A DNA stretch of 64,000 nt from Dendrobates tinctorius (taxonomy: Eukaryota): assembly GCF_039654945.1 (NCBI RefSeq), contig NW_027361679.1, positions 79,484,001 to 79,548,000 on the forward strand. Direction: 5' to 3'. Below the pieces are notes generated by a model. That model was not told the origin of the DNA. It saw only the letters and a list, made by a program, of their open reading frames with translations, and did not search any database. Below, one piece after another: positions 47,916 to 60,701 of the stretch (its first letter is position 1; each line of letters starts with the position of its first letter). The position numbers and the translations under genes were made by a program.

Positions 47916-50829
47916 CAGGGCTGTGGAGTCGGAGTCGTGGAGTCGGAGTTAGTTTTGGTTGGAGTCGGAGTCGGTAGAAATGTACCGACTCCAGCTTTAA
48001 AAAAAATGTATTAATATTTCATAATTGAACTTTCATATGAATTTTATAAATGTTACTCAAATATATATGTTCTATCAAACTATGAACAACAGTGATAAGC
48101 AGTTCTGCTGGAGATAGAGACATTTCTTACTTCTTGTGTGTCACTGTTCTCCACTGCCCTTATCTAATCTTATACTTGGTTAATCTCATGCTGCCCCAAC
48201 CCCCCTACTTACAATGTATGAAACTGAAAGTGAAAATGTGTTGCAAATTCTTAGTAGTAAAGCTCCTCCTCTAGACTAGATCATACTAGGTGTGCGTCTT
48301 CCAAGCATCTCACAGCTGCCTGCTACTCAGAAGAGGAAGACTGTAAGAAGTATTATCCTTTCAACAAACTTTGCATCAGTTAACTGTGAGTACATGAGGA
48401 ATAATAACAGTATTACTGACCACTATATCAGTTGTACGACCTGGCAATAATTTTGTACAATTGTTTTTAGGAAAAACAATTGTCATTTGGATTGTGAATG
48501 CAGAATTAAAAACCTGAGAATGTCAAAGAAGCATCATATTAAATCAGCTGTATTTGAACATTTCACCATCACTCAAGATAGAAAACATTATGTCTGTCAG
48601 TGTATGACAAATGATCCAGACGAAAACAAATGCTGTGAAGCCAAGATGAGTGCATATTCAGGCAAAGATAAAAATGCTCCTACCAGAGCTTCTAATCTAA
48701 AGAGACATTTACAGCGCTTTCATCCAGAAGTACTGAAAGCAGTGGATGAGAAAGACTGCATCCAAACCAATGAACCAGTGCCCAGCTCTTCCAGCCAAAC
48801 AAAGGAGCAGAGAACTTTGCAGCCATCAGTTGCAAGATATTTTGTCAGTGACAAAGTTACTGTGACAATGACAGTAGATACATTTAAAAAACAGATCATA
48901 GAGCTTGTTGTAAAGGATAGTGTGCCTATTTCATTATTTTCACGACCAGCTTTTATGTGTCTGAATGGGGAAATGGCCCGCAAGCTTGGTGTTTCTCTGG
49001 AGAGAGAGAGTATTAGAAAATTAGTAATCGAAGAAGCTTTTAAACAAAAGGAAGAACTTAAAAAAACTCTCAAGGGACGCTTTCTGTTTCATAAAATGGA
49101 TGCCTGCACACGTCACAGAGTGAACTATTTTGCCATCAATGTCCGATTTGTTTGTGACAAAAATGAAAAAGTTACCAAGACATTGGCAGTAAAAGACACC
49201 AAAGCTCATCACACCAGTGAGTTTCTCCAGGTCTTGGTGGAAAAGGTTCTGCAAGACTATGAACTTAAAAAAGAGCAAGTTCTTTCTGTCGTAACTGACA
49301 ATGCTTCAAATATGATAAGTACTATTAAGCTAATGAATGAGAGTAATGATGGTGACCAGCAGCTAGAAGAACATTCTGGGTCCACAGACACAAAAATGTT
49401 TGAAATAGAGGAACACAGTATTGTAACTGAGGAGCAAACTGAAGTTGCTTCAGATGAACAGCAACATGATAGTTTAGATGATCTTGTTGAAACTGTGTCA
49501 ATATGTTCTTTCATTCATCACATGCGCTGTGTTGTGCATACGCTACAGCTGGCTATAAGAGACAGTCTGCAAGAAAGACATGCTGCTGCACTGATTGGCA
49601 AGGTGAGAAAATTGGCTACTGTTGCCAGAACCCCTAAAGTTGACTCAATTTTGAAGAGACGTGCTGGAAAAGGGGCAATTATTGATCAAGCCACACGATG
49701 GGGCAGTACTTACTTAATGATTCAGCGCTTGGTTGAACTGAAAACCTTTCTTGTAGACATGGCTAACCCTCAACTGACGCTAAATGAAAGTCAGTGGAAT
49801 CAGGTGACTGAGCTGGAAAAATTGCTAGAGCACCCATTTACAGTGACTAAAAAATTACAAGCAGAGGACTTAACTCCAGGTATTTTCTTAAAGGAGTGGA
49901 AGAACCTGATGTTTCGCCTGTCCCAAAGAGGAGGGTTAATTGCAAGTGGCATTGCTACATCAATGAAATGGAGAGAGGAGCTACTATTACAAAATAACAT
50001 TCTTTTGGCTGCTGTTTATGTAGACCTAATGCATCGGATTCTTCTAGATGATCAACAGCTAAGTAAAGGAAAAGAAGCTCTGTTTGAAATAGCAGTAAGG
50101 ATGAAAGGGTTGCAGAACAGTCAGGAGGAACAAGAAGAATTTGGTCGTCCTGCCACATCTTCACCCTCATCATCAACTGATGAAGAATTTAATTTCGAAA
50201 AATATTTGGATCACAAGGACCGTGCAAAGCATTCCCGCATAGAAGAGTCATCCCCATCAAGGAACACAGCCAGTACATTTCAGCAGAATTTTTCATGTGC
50301 ACTAAAAGAAATTGAGAAATTTGACCGTTCATCAAAAATAACAGTGCAACAAGCGATTCCTCTGTATCCTGACATTGCCAGAGATGTTGCCCGAGTGGTT
50401 ACTGCTTTGCCACCAACACAAGTTAGTGTAGAGAGGTTGTTCTCTGCTCTCAAAATAATTAGATCAGATTTGAGGGCATCCATGAAGGAGGATCTGACAG
50501 AGGCAATACTTTTTCTGAGGACAAATTTATAGATTTCTTCTTATTAACTGCATAAAAGTGTTTATTGCATATTTACTTACAGTTTAGAACAGTTTATAAA
50601 AGTTATTTGCTATATTCTAATTGTATTCTAATAAATGTAGTTTTTGCTCTAAGTGGTCTGATTACTTATATGATGGTGAGAAACTGAATAAGCACGGTGT
50701 TTAATATCTTACAACAGTAAATTTGTTGTTATGAATTGGCCATTTATGAAGGAGTCGGAGCCGGAGTCGGAGCCTGATAAAATCCAGGAGTCGGAGTCGC
50801 AACTGTGGCTTACCGACTCCACAGCCCTG
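47916..50829 (+). mobile_element. Full-length autonomous-type hAT transposon (2914 bp)
   Basis: 17-bp TIR CAGGGCTGTGGAGTCGG; perfect 8-bp TSD TTTGTAAT; subterminal GGAGTC repeats. Confidence 0.96.
48520..50532 (+). CDS. hAT transposase, 670 aa, intact ORF
   Basis: First ATG MSKKHHIK; BED-like finger (CQC...SNLKRHLQRFH), D (KMDAC), D (VTDNASN), CxxH (RCVVH), TRWGS, E (SVERLFS), C-terminal dimerisation motif. Confidence 0.92.
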   Translation: MSKKHHIKSAVFEHFTITQDRKHYVCQCMTNDPDENKCCEAKMSAYSGKDKNAPTRASNLKRHLQRFHPEVLKAVDEKDCIQTNEPVPSSSSQTKEQRTLQPSVARYFVSDKVTVTMTVDTFKKQIIELVVKDSVPISLFSRPAFMCLNGEMARKLGVSLERESIRKLVIEEAFKQKEELKKTLKGRFLFHKMDACTRHRVNYFAINVRFVCDKNEKVTKTLAVKDTKAHHTSEFLQVLVEKVLQDYELKKEQVLSVVTDNASNMISTIKLMNESNDGDQQLEEHSGSTDTKMFEIEEHSIVTEEQTEVASDEQQHDSLDDLVETVSICSFIHHMRCVVHTLQLAIRDSLQERHAAALIGKVRKLATVARTPKVDSILKRRAGKGAIIDQATRWGSTYLMIQRLVELKTFLVDMANPQLTLNESQWNQVTELEKLLEHPFTVTKKLQAEDLTPGIFLKEWKNLMFRLSQRGGLIASGIATSMKWREELLLQNNILLAAVYVDLMHRILLDDQQLSKGKEALFEIAVRMKGLQNSQEEQEEFGRPATSSPSSSTDEEFNFEKYLDHKDRAKHSRIEESSPSRNTASTFQQNFSCALKEIEKFDRSSKITVQQAIPLYPDIARDVARVVTALPPTQVSVERLFSALKIIRSDLRASMKEDLTEAILFLRTNL

Positions 50830-52331
50830 TTTGTAATTTGCTGTTTTACTTTGATAACATTTAGAAGGATTACATACAAATGTAACAGTATTTTTTTCAA
50901 GGAAATTTACAAAACATATTTTTTTAGGAACATCTTCAGTTTTGAAGTGTCTTTGGGGGTCCTATATATTGGAAACCCCCAAAAGTGATACCATTTTAAA
51001 AACTGCACCCCTCAATGTATTCAAAATTGCTTTCTGGCAGTTCATTATCTCTTCAGGTGCTTTTTAGGAATTAATGCAAAGTAGCATAACAGGAATGAAA
51101 AAATTTATTTTTACCACCTGAATTTTGATAACTTTGAACAGGTCACTGTAGCCGGCAGCACTAAGGCCATTATTTAGCCATGAATTCCCATAGCAATCAT
51201 CAGGACCACACGATCAAGATCTCAGGGTACCAATGGGGTTAAAGAGGGAGCCCCCAAACTGTTAACCATCTAGATGCCGTAGTCACTATTGACAGCAGCA
51301 TTTAAGGGGTTAAACAACCATAGTCGGTGCCAACACTGATTGTGGCTCATGCAGCCAGTTGTCAGCTATAGTGTACAGTGACAGATACTGGATTTTTGAT
51401 TATAAACAGTTTTCTCTGGTGCAGGTATACCAGTTTTCCAAATTTGCTGTGCATAGGCAGAAAGAGGCCAATCAGTGGTTGGGGTGTGGGTGGATTAAAT
51501 GGCAGCAGGATTACTAGTCCTCTAATGATAATCTGCTGCAGGTTTTGCTTCATTTTTGTGTTTTTGTTTTTTTTGCTGCGGTTTTGTCAGGTTACATTTG
51601 TCTCTTGCGAATGCTGATAAAGTTTAGTGCATAAAAAAAAAAATCTGATTCTGCTTCATCAGGTTTTAGCATCCAAGATGCAGCAAAACATGATATGCAG
51701 ACCTGCATTTTTGAAGCATTTTTTTTTGCACCAACGATTGCTTTAAATGGGCGAAAAAAAGCTGAAAAAAAACGCTGAAATAAGTGACATACTGCATTAC
51801 ACAAAAACCAAGGAATTGCATAAAATACTGAGGACATAAAGAACCAAGCTGTGTGCATAAGATTTCTGAAATCTCAGCCTTTGCTGGTACTGTAAAACGC
51901 AGCTGAAAATTTGCATTAAAAAAAAAAGCAAAAACGCAACGTGTGAACATGGCTTCAGCGATACATCAATGGAATCAGGGTTTCTGCCCCTACATTATGA
52001 TCTCAGATTAAGTACCAAAAGCCTGGTGACACAGATTCCCTTTAATAAGATAGCCTGATTATACAGACAGGCCATGAATAACTGATGCGCACTTAATCTA
52101 ATAGCTCAGTACACACAAGCTGTCATAGGTCACATAGGACGATGCACCCCTGGGAACAATGATCTTTTGCAAAGATCATTTCACGTGAATGAGTGCTCAT
52201 CCGCAACCTGTTTACACTCAAACATTATATTAAATCAATCGTTAGGTGCAGATACAGCTGAACTCTGTGAAATAAACTCTTCTAGCAATGCGGTTTACAA
52301 ATGTGACTAATACCAGTCAGTCTGTTCTCAC

Positions 52332-52453
52332 CAGCGCAGTCTCGTGTGACTGTGGCTGCTTGAAATTGATGATCTCCAAAGCAAGGGACTTCTTCACTTT
52401 GGCCAGGTCTGCCTCCCTGGCGGCCTGCAGTAGACAATGTCCTTTGAATTCAT
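52332..52453 (-). CDS. tnks: Tankyrase-1 coding exon (122 bp)
   Basis: tgcag|AT GAA TTC...GCG CTG|gtgaga; (Y)[40 protein letters not shown]; phase matches the previous exon. Confidence 0.95.
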
Positions 52454-52920
52454 CTGCAATTCAAATAGTTTGACTTTAGGGAAAAGCTTCTGATTGGAAA
52501 TAATCTCATAATAAAAGTAGAAAATATATCTAAAATAATGACTTATTATGGTTTTTATAAATTAATAAGACATGAAGAATATAAGAAATTACAGTCCAGA
52601 AATAATAAATAGGACTCATATGTATCAATCATGTAAGAAATTCAACAATATACAGTAGATAGAAAAGTTTACCTTCTAATGTTATAATGACAGGACAGAT
52701 CTTCTGTCATATATAAACATAAAAATCATACCAAGAAAAATAATTTCAGAACTTTTTCCACCTTTAATGTCACTCATAATCTGTACAAGTTAATTGAGAA
52801 CAACAAATAATTTTTAAGTTGAAACTAATAATAATAACAACTGAAATAATGAAGTTGAATAAGTGTGAACCACCTCCTAATTGGGATGTGGTTGCATGCA
52901 AAATTAATGAATCACATTAA

Positions 52921-53190
52921 GGCTGTGTGCCCACGATGCGATTTTTAAGCGTTTTTGCCGCAATTTTCGGCGTGAAAACGCTGCGAAAACGTTTAAAAAT
53001 CGTGTACAGAACGCACCCCATGCATTCCTATGGCATTCCGCACATGCTGTGCTAATGCTGCGCTTTTTTCCGCGGCGGAAACGCATCGCGGAAAAAAATC
53101 GCAGCATGATCATTCTTTTGTGCGGAATCGCAAAGAATTGCCGCGATTCCGCACCCATAGGAATGCATGAGAACCGCTTACTTCCCGCAT
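52921..53190. mobile_element. Harbinger-type MITE left fragment
   Basis: taa|ggctgtgtgcccacgatgcg; aaaaacgc-type repeats. Confidence 0.6.
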
Positions 53191-53194
53191 GCTA

Positions 53195-55085
53195 TGCGCC
53201 ATTTGACTTTTTGAAATGAAAATTAGCTCCAATCGTTAGCGGACACCATGTCGTGTTTGGAGATCCCCTGTGTGCCTAAACTTTGGAGCTCACCCACAAA
53301 TGACCCCATTTTGGAAACTAGACCCCCTAAGGAACTTATCTAGATGCATAGTGAGCACTTTGAACCCCCAGGTGATTCACAGAAGTTTATAATGCAGAGC
53401 AGTGAAAATAAAAAATCTTTTTTTTCCTAAAAAAAAATTTTTTAGTCTGCAATTTTTTATTTTCACAAGGGTACCAGGATAAATTGGACCCCAAAAGTTG
53501 TTTTCCAGTTTGTCCTGAGTACGCTGGTACCCCATATGTGTGGGGGGACCACTGTTTGGGCACACGTCGGGGCTCGGAAGGGAAGTAGTGACATTTTGAA
53601 ATGCTGACTTTGATGGAATGGTCTGCGGGCGTCATGTTACATTTGCTGAGCCCCTGTGTGCCTAAACAGTAGAAACCCCCCACAAGTGACCCCATTTTGG
53701 AAACTAGACCCCATAAGGAACTTGCCTAGATGTGCGGTGAGCACCTTGAACCCCGAGGGGCTTCACAGAAGATTGTAACGCAGAGCCATGAAAATAAAAA
53801 ATCTTTTTTTTTCCTCAAAAAATGAATTTTTAGCTCGCAATTTTTTATTTTCACAAGGGTAACAGGAGAAATTGGACCCCAAAAGTTGTTGTCCAGTTTG
53901 TTCTGAGTACGCTGGTACCCCATATGTGGGGGGAAACCACTGTTTGGGCACACGTTGGGTCTCAGCAGGGAAGTAGTGACATTTTGAAATGCTGACTTTG
54001 ATGGAATGGTCTGCGGGCGTCATGTTACATTTGCTGAGCCCCTGTGTGCCTAAACAGTAGAAACCTCCCACAAGTGACCCCATTTTGGAAACTAGACCCC
54101 CCAGGGAACTTATCTAGATGTGTGGTGAGCACCTTGAACCCCCAAGTGCTTCACAGAAGTTTATAACGCAGAGCCGTGAAAATAAAAAATCATTTTTTTC
54201 CCCTAAAAATTTTTTTTTTCACAAGGGTAACAGGATAAATTGGACCCCAAAAGTTGTTGTCTAGTATGTCCTGAGTACGCTGATACCCCATAAGTGTGGG
54301 GGAACCATTGTTTGGGCACACGTCAGGGCTCGGAATGGAAGTAGTGACGTTTTGAAATGCAGACTTTGATGGAACAGTGAAAACCCCCCACAAGTGACCC
54401 CATTTTGGAAACCAGACCTTTCAAGGAACTTATGTAGATGTATGGTGAGCACTTTCAACCCCCAAGTGCTTCACAGAAGTTTATAATGCAGAGACATGAA
54501 AATGAAAAAAACATTTTTTTTCCACAAAAATAATTTTTTAGCCCCCAATTTTTTATTTTCCCAAGGGTAACAGGAGAAATTAGACCCCAAAAGTTGTTGT
54601 GCAATTTTTCCTGAGTACGCCGATACCCCATATGTGGGGGTAAACCACTGTTTGGGCACACGTCGGGGCTTGGAAGGGAGTGAGCACCGTTTGACTTTTT
54701 GAACGCAAAATTGGCTGGAATCAAAGGTTGCACCATGTCGCGTTTGGAGACCCCCTGATGTGCCTAAACAGTGGAAACCCCTCAATTCTAACTCCAACCC
54801 TAACCCCAACACACCCCAACACATCCCTAACCCTAATCCCAACTCTAACCATAAACCTAACCCCAACACACCCCTAACCCCAACACTAACTATAACACTA
54901 ACCATAACACTAACCACAAGCCTAACCCTCTTTCCAACCCTAACCCTCTTTCCAACCCTAACCCTAACCCTGATGGAAAAATAAAAATAAAAATATTTTC
55001 TTTATTTTATTAGTTCTGCCTACCTATGGGGGTGATAATCGGGGGGTTCATTTACTTTTTATTTCATTTTGATCACTGTGAGAGT
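53195..55085 (+). repeat. Internal ~320-390-bp tandem repeats of a piggyBac-like element ending in a degenerate (CCCTAA)n tract (54783-54972)
   Basis: gaccccattttggaaac recurs at ~53302, 53688, 54076 and 54396. Confidence 0.8.
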
Positions 55086-55319
55086 GGTACTTCATGGCTG
55101 GGACAATTGCTTAAGTGCACTTTCACACCTGGTTATTTTCCATGTATCTCCATCCTTCTTTGGCTCTATAAAACCAGAGCTAACAATCAAAGGGGTGAGT
55201 GGAGATAGAGGGAGAACAAGCAAGTAGGAAGGTGCATTTAAAGGTTTCACCAGGCCATGATGCACCAAGTGCCTGTACTTGGTTTGAACAGTCATTCTGT
55301 GCTGACAGAGTCTCTTTAA

Positions 55320-57698
55320 CCCCTTCACCCCCAAGGGTGGTTTGCACGTTCATGACCCGGCCAGTTTTTACAATTCTGATCACTGTCCCTTTATGAGGTC
55401 ATAACTCTGGAATGCTTCCATGGAACCCAGTGATTCTGACATTGTTTTCGCGTGACATATTGTACTTCATGATAGTGGTAAAATTTCATTCAAATAACTT
55501 GCGTTTGTGAAAAAAACAGAAATTTAGCGAAAATTTTGAAATTTTCCAACTTTGAATTTTTATGCCCTTAAATCACAGAGATACGGCACACAAAAAACTT
55601 GATAAGTAACATTTCCCACATGTTTACTTTACATCAGCACAATTTTGGAACCAAATTTTTTTTTTGTTAGGAAGTCATAAGGGTTAAAAATTGACCAGCG
55701 ATTTCTCATTTTTGCAACACCATTTTATTTTTACGGACCACATCACATTTGAAGCCACTTTGAGGGGTCTATATGATAGAAAATACCCAAAAGTGACACC
55801 ACACTAAAAACTGCACCCCTTAAGGTGCTCAAAACCACATTCAAAAAGTTTATTAACCCTTTAGGTGCATCACAGGAATTTTTTGAATATTTAAAAAAAA
55901 AAAAAAAAAAATGAACATCTAACTTTTTTTCACAAAAAAAATACTTCAGGTTCAATTTTTTTTATTTTACCAAGGGTAACAGGAGAAATTGGACTGCAAA
56001 AGTTATTGTGCAATTTGTCCTGAGTACGCCGATACCTCATATGTGGGAGAAAACTACTGCATGGGCACACGTCTGGGCTCGGAAGGGAAGTAGTGACGTT
56101 TTGGAATGCAGACTTTGATGGAATGGTCTGCAGGTGTCATGTGCGTTTGGAGAGCCCCTGATGTACCTAAACTATTGAAACTCCCCACAAGTGACCCCAT
56201 TTTTGAAACTAGACCCCCCCCAAGGAACTTATCTAGATGTGTGGTGAGCACTTTGAACCCCCAAGTGATTCACAGAAGTTTATAACGCCCGGGCGTGAAA
56301 ATAAAAAAATCATTTTTTTTTCCACGAAAATTATATTTTTGCCCCCAATTTTTTATTTTCCTAAGGGTAACAGGAGAAATTGGACCCCAAAAGTTGTTTT
56401 GCAATTTGTCCTGAGTAGGCGGATACCCTATATGTGGGGGTAAAACACTGTTTGGGCGCATGGCAGAGCTTGGAAGGGAAGGAGCACCATTTGACTTTTT
56501 CAACGCAGAATTGGCTGGAATTGAGATCCGACGCCATGTTGCATTTGGAGAGCACCTGATGTGCCCAAACAGTGGAAACCCCCAATTCTAACTCCAACCC
56601 TAACACACCCCTATCCCTAATCTCAGCCCTAACCCTAGCCCTAACCCTAATGGGAAAATGGAAATAAATACATTTTCTTTTAATTTTATTATTTTTCCCT
56701 AACTAAGGAGGTGATAACGGGGGTTTGATTTACTATTTATAGCGGGTTTTTATGTTTGGCAGCTGTCATACGCTAAAAGACGCTTTTTATTGTAAAAATA
56801 GTTTTTGCATCACCACATATTGAGAGCTATAATTTTTCCGTATTTTGACCCACCGAGTCATGTGAGGTCTTATTCTTTGCAGGACGAGTTGACGTTTTTA
56901 TTGGTACCATTTTCGGGCACATAACATCTTTTGATCGCTGTTTATTCCGATTTTTGGGACGCAGAATGAACAAAAACCAGCGTTTCATGAATTTCTTTTG
57001 GGGGGGTGCGTTTACACCGTTCCGCGTGCGGTAAAATTGATAAAGCGGTTTTATTCTTCGGGTCAGTACAGTTACAGAGATGCCTCATTTAGGTTGTTTT
57101 TTTATGTTTTGTTGGTTTTATGCAATGAAAACTATTTTATATAAAAAAAAATTATTTTTGCATCACTTTATTCTTGTTTTTTGCGGGACAAGATGATGAT
57201 TTTGGCGGTAGAATTGGATATTTATATGCGTCTTTTTGATTGCGCGTTATTGCACTTTTTGTTTGGCAGTATGCTAATAAATCATTTTTTGCTTCTTTTT
57301 ATATTTTTATTTTTTAAGGGGTTCGCTAAAGGGGTTAACTAATGGGACAGTTTTATAGGGCAGGTCGTTACGGACGCGGCAATACCTAATGTGTACTTTT
57401 ATTGTTTTTTTTATTTCTAAAAAATGGATTTATTGGGGGAATTTTTTTTTTTTTTTTTTTAACTTTATTACATAGTCCCAGGTGGGACATCACTATCCTG
57501 TGACAGATGGCTGATCTGTCACATCACAGATCACTGTGACAGATCAGCTGACACTGTGATAATCAGCTGACACCCGGCCGCGATCAGCGGCGCTCACCAC
57601 GTGGGCGCCGCTGATCGCGCTAGACGTACTATCCCGTCCATGGGCATAGGGGGCCCGGGTCCCATGGACGGGATAGTACGTCTGATGTCAGAAAGGGG
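55320..57698 (+). mobile_element. Complete non-autonomous piggyBac-like element
   Basis: TTAA|CCCCTT ... AAGGGG|TTAA; no transposase ORF; short CCCTAA-like tract at 56585-56650. Confidence 0.85.
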
Positions 57699-57831
57699 TT
57701 AAAAAAGGGACCAGAAAATTGAAGCATGGCCTGTGAGCCATGAGAAAACTAATACCCCCATTTTCCACCAAAAGAACATAGATGAAAGCTGAAAATAAAG
57801 AAAAACTGAGATTATTCCTTATACCACTTAC

Positions 57832-58018
57832 ATGTTAATCTCTCCTTGAGCTCTGGAGTAGGGGCCATGTCCACTGCACTTTTTCCATGGCAATTGACTA
57901 GTGTTGGATCTGCACCGTGGCTCAACAGTAGAGAGCAAACTTCAACCCGATTCTTTGATGCAGCCTCATGTAATGGTGTAAACTGCCATAGATCCATAGC
58001 ATTGACGCAAGCTCCATG
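57832..58018 (-). CDS. tnks: Tankyrase-1 coding exon (187 bp)
   Basis: ttcag|CAT GGA...ACA T|gtaagt; [62 protein letters not shown] matches the TNKS1 ankyrin repeats. Confidence 0.96.
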
Positions 58019-58512
58019 CTGAAAAAAACAACAACATTATTCTTCACAAAACTAAACAAACAAATCTCCAAACAGATGGCGATTCTATATTTCCCAATTC
58101 AAAAGGCACTGAAAATGAAGACAGGCGACTGCATATTTTACTCTCTCCATTTACTTATACTGAAGTTCTAAAAACAGACAAGCAGACCAAGACCTGAATT
58201 TAGTCTGTGGATTTGTTCGAGAGGAGAATAGCACTTTAACCCCTATGTGACCACACCAAATTTTTCAAATTTGAGCCTTTAAGTTTCTGAAAGTTTCCAC
58301 CTTATAATTTTTTTTTTCACAGATCTATTCAGTTTTGAAGTGACTTTGTATTGGAAACCCCCCCAAATTGATACCATTATACATACAGCACCCCTCAATG
58401 TATTCAAAACTGTTGTCAGTTTGTTAACCCTTGCTTCACAGGAATTATCGCAAAGTGTAATTAACATAACGAAACATTATATTTTTCTACTAAAATGTTG
58501 CTAAAGTTTTAA

Positions 58513-58988
58513 GGGTACCGTTACACATAACGATGTCCCAGCGATCCCACCAATGATCCGACATGGATGGGATCGCTGGGACATTGTTATCTGATCGCTG
58601 GTCACAGACAGCCCCTCTAGCGATCAGGACCAGCGAGCACGCTGGTTACCAACGTAAACATCGGGTTTGTAAGGGCCGCGGAGCCCTTAGAAACCCGATG
58701 TTTACCCTAGATACCAGCGAGCACTGCAGGCAGGGCGGGAGGTGGCGGCAGAGCGGCGCACAGACCGGCGTAGCTCTGCTATCTGCTACTCCGGTCTGCC
58801 ACACGCAGCGATGCGCGCTGGCCAGCGGGAGACCAGCGATGAAAAAAACGGGCCAGGACGATCAGTGATACCCCGCCGGGGGGCCGATCGCTGCTGGATG
58901 TCACACACAGCGATCTAGCTGGAGAGATCGCTGATGTGTCACAAAATCAGGGATCTCGCCAGCGAGATCGCTGTGTGTAACAGGCCCT
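58513..58988. mobile_element. Harbinger-type MITE nested in a piggyBac-like remnant starting ~58240
   Basis: TAA TSD; gggtaccgttacaca / tgtgtaacaggccct. Confidence 0.82.
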
Positions 58989-59199
58989 TAAGAGTCCATT
59001 GTAGCTGGCACGCCCCGAGTCTATCACTATACCTCTGATTATCACAGCAATCATCGGGACCACACAATCTCTGGGTGCGAATGGGATTAAATAGCGAGTT
59101 CCCTCCCTCTGTTAAACGGCCAGGAATGGTTGCTTACCAATAATCGTAAACACTGAGCAGCTATACGTCATCAGAATGCATGCAGAATCAATCACCTAC

Positions 59200-59266
59200 C
59201 TTAAGTAATAATTCTGTTACTTCAAAGTGTCCATAGGAACACGCATTATGCAGAGGCACCAGCCCG
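59200..59266 (-). CDS. tnks: Tankyrase-1 coding exon (67 bp; ~human exon 7)
   Basis: ccag|C GGG CTG GTG CCT...CTT AAG|gtaggt; translates [22 protein letters not shown]; not in the ORF track, found by reading. Confidence 0.93.
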
Positions 59267-60149
59267 CTGGAGAGAAGTGAAGAACACATAAGTACAGCAT
59301 AGTAGTAACAGCTACAATAAGAGAAATGCGTGAGTCATGGCTCTTATTAATACCCCTTCTACTTTGATCGTCACCCCCTGAGTCCTGCACATTCTTTGTT
59401 ATTTTCCATCCACCAGTAAATTGTGGCCATGCTCAGTGCTCCGGTGAAATTGAGGTGGGAATACCTCGATTCACAGTAGCGGAAAGTGTAACACCCGCCT
59501 CCTTCCATGCACATCAGGAAGATCCATACCATACACATTAGATTATGGCTTGACCCAATGAATAGACATCTTAACCTTTATAGATTACAAAGATTAAAGG
59601 TGTTGTCTGAAACACTGGATAGGTGATAACTACTAGATCAGTAACGGTGCGACAGCTGAGAACCCCACCAATCACCAAAACAACCCATTTTTATCCCTAT
59701 TAGAATGGACAGGCAGCGTGCATTGTCTTCTGCTCTGCCAGGGGGCGTCCGCTTTCTCCAGCAGCCCCATGGGAAATGAAAAGAGAAGTGGTCGTGCATG
59801 TGAACAGTCTCTCATTCACCAAGGCTGGATGTGCAGCTTTTTTACCAAGGTGTAAAACGTTTGTCCCAGGAATCGGTCATCATCACTATCAGGTCAGTGG
59901 GGTCCAACTCTCGGCACACTTACTAATCAGTGGTTTGCAGGTTTCGCAGTGGCCAGATGTTAATAGTATACAGCGCTGTCTCACCAAAGATTTGTACGCT
60001 GTGTACTGGCTATTCTCTGGTAATACAGCTCAGGCCTCATTCACTTCTATAGAGGCCAAGCTGAAGCACCTGAGAACAACCACGACACTGTGAAGTGGAA
60101 AATGAGCAATCAGTTCACCTGTCCAATGCACAACTACGAACTTCAAGAG

Positions 60150-60445
60150 ATAACAGTAACAATCCGAGCAGAAAGCTTGCACTTACTTCAATAAAAGTGA
60201 TGCTTTACCAATTCAGAAGATTTGTTAAAATCAAAAATGGTGAAACAGCAGAACAACACACTAGTGACAAAGGGGGAACACGAACAAGCTCAAGGCAACG
60301 TTTTGTGATCTACATGGTCCTTTTTCTGAGCTTGCCCGTGGTTCCTCCTTTTACACTTGTGTTTTCTGCCGTTTCACCATTGTTCGTTTCAACAAATCTT
60401 ATGGATTAAAACAGCATTGTTTTCTGCTTGGATTGTTACTGTAAC
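60150..60445. repeat. Imperfect inverted repeat, probable Penelope-like remnant
   Basis: Arms cagtaacaatccgagcagaaa...acaagctca and tgagcttg...tttctgcttggattgttactg flank a decayed hammerhead-like core on the minus strand. Confidence 0.55.
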
Positions 60446-60701
60446 CACAGTGTATGGACCTGTGGTGTTCCACTCGGTGCATTGCATTTATAGCTGCTGC
60501 TGAACCTGTGAACAGCTGATCTGTGAGGCTGATCTCATATCAATTAGGCACTTAAAATATTTTATACGCATAGAACGATCGGTAACTTTCAATGACGCAA
60601 TTGGCATGGTTAACCAATATTTAAACAAAAAAAAAAAAAAACGCACAATACTTGAAACAGACACCGTCGCTCTAGAAATCATGGTGGTATTCTGTGAATA
60701 T

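Larger units (their letters stand above)
47594..51310 (+). mobile_element. Old piggyBac-like non-autonomous element hosting the hAT insertion (right boundary approximate)
   Basis: TTAA|CCCCTTAGTGAC left end; similarity to the 55320 family continues on both sides of the hAT. Confidence 0.6.

Noticed and set aside
48520-50532. Domesticated ZBED-type host gene
   Set aside because: Perfect TIRs and TSD, and nesting within another transposon, indicate a recent mobile copy
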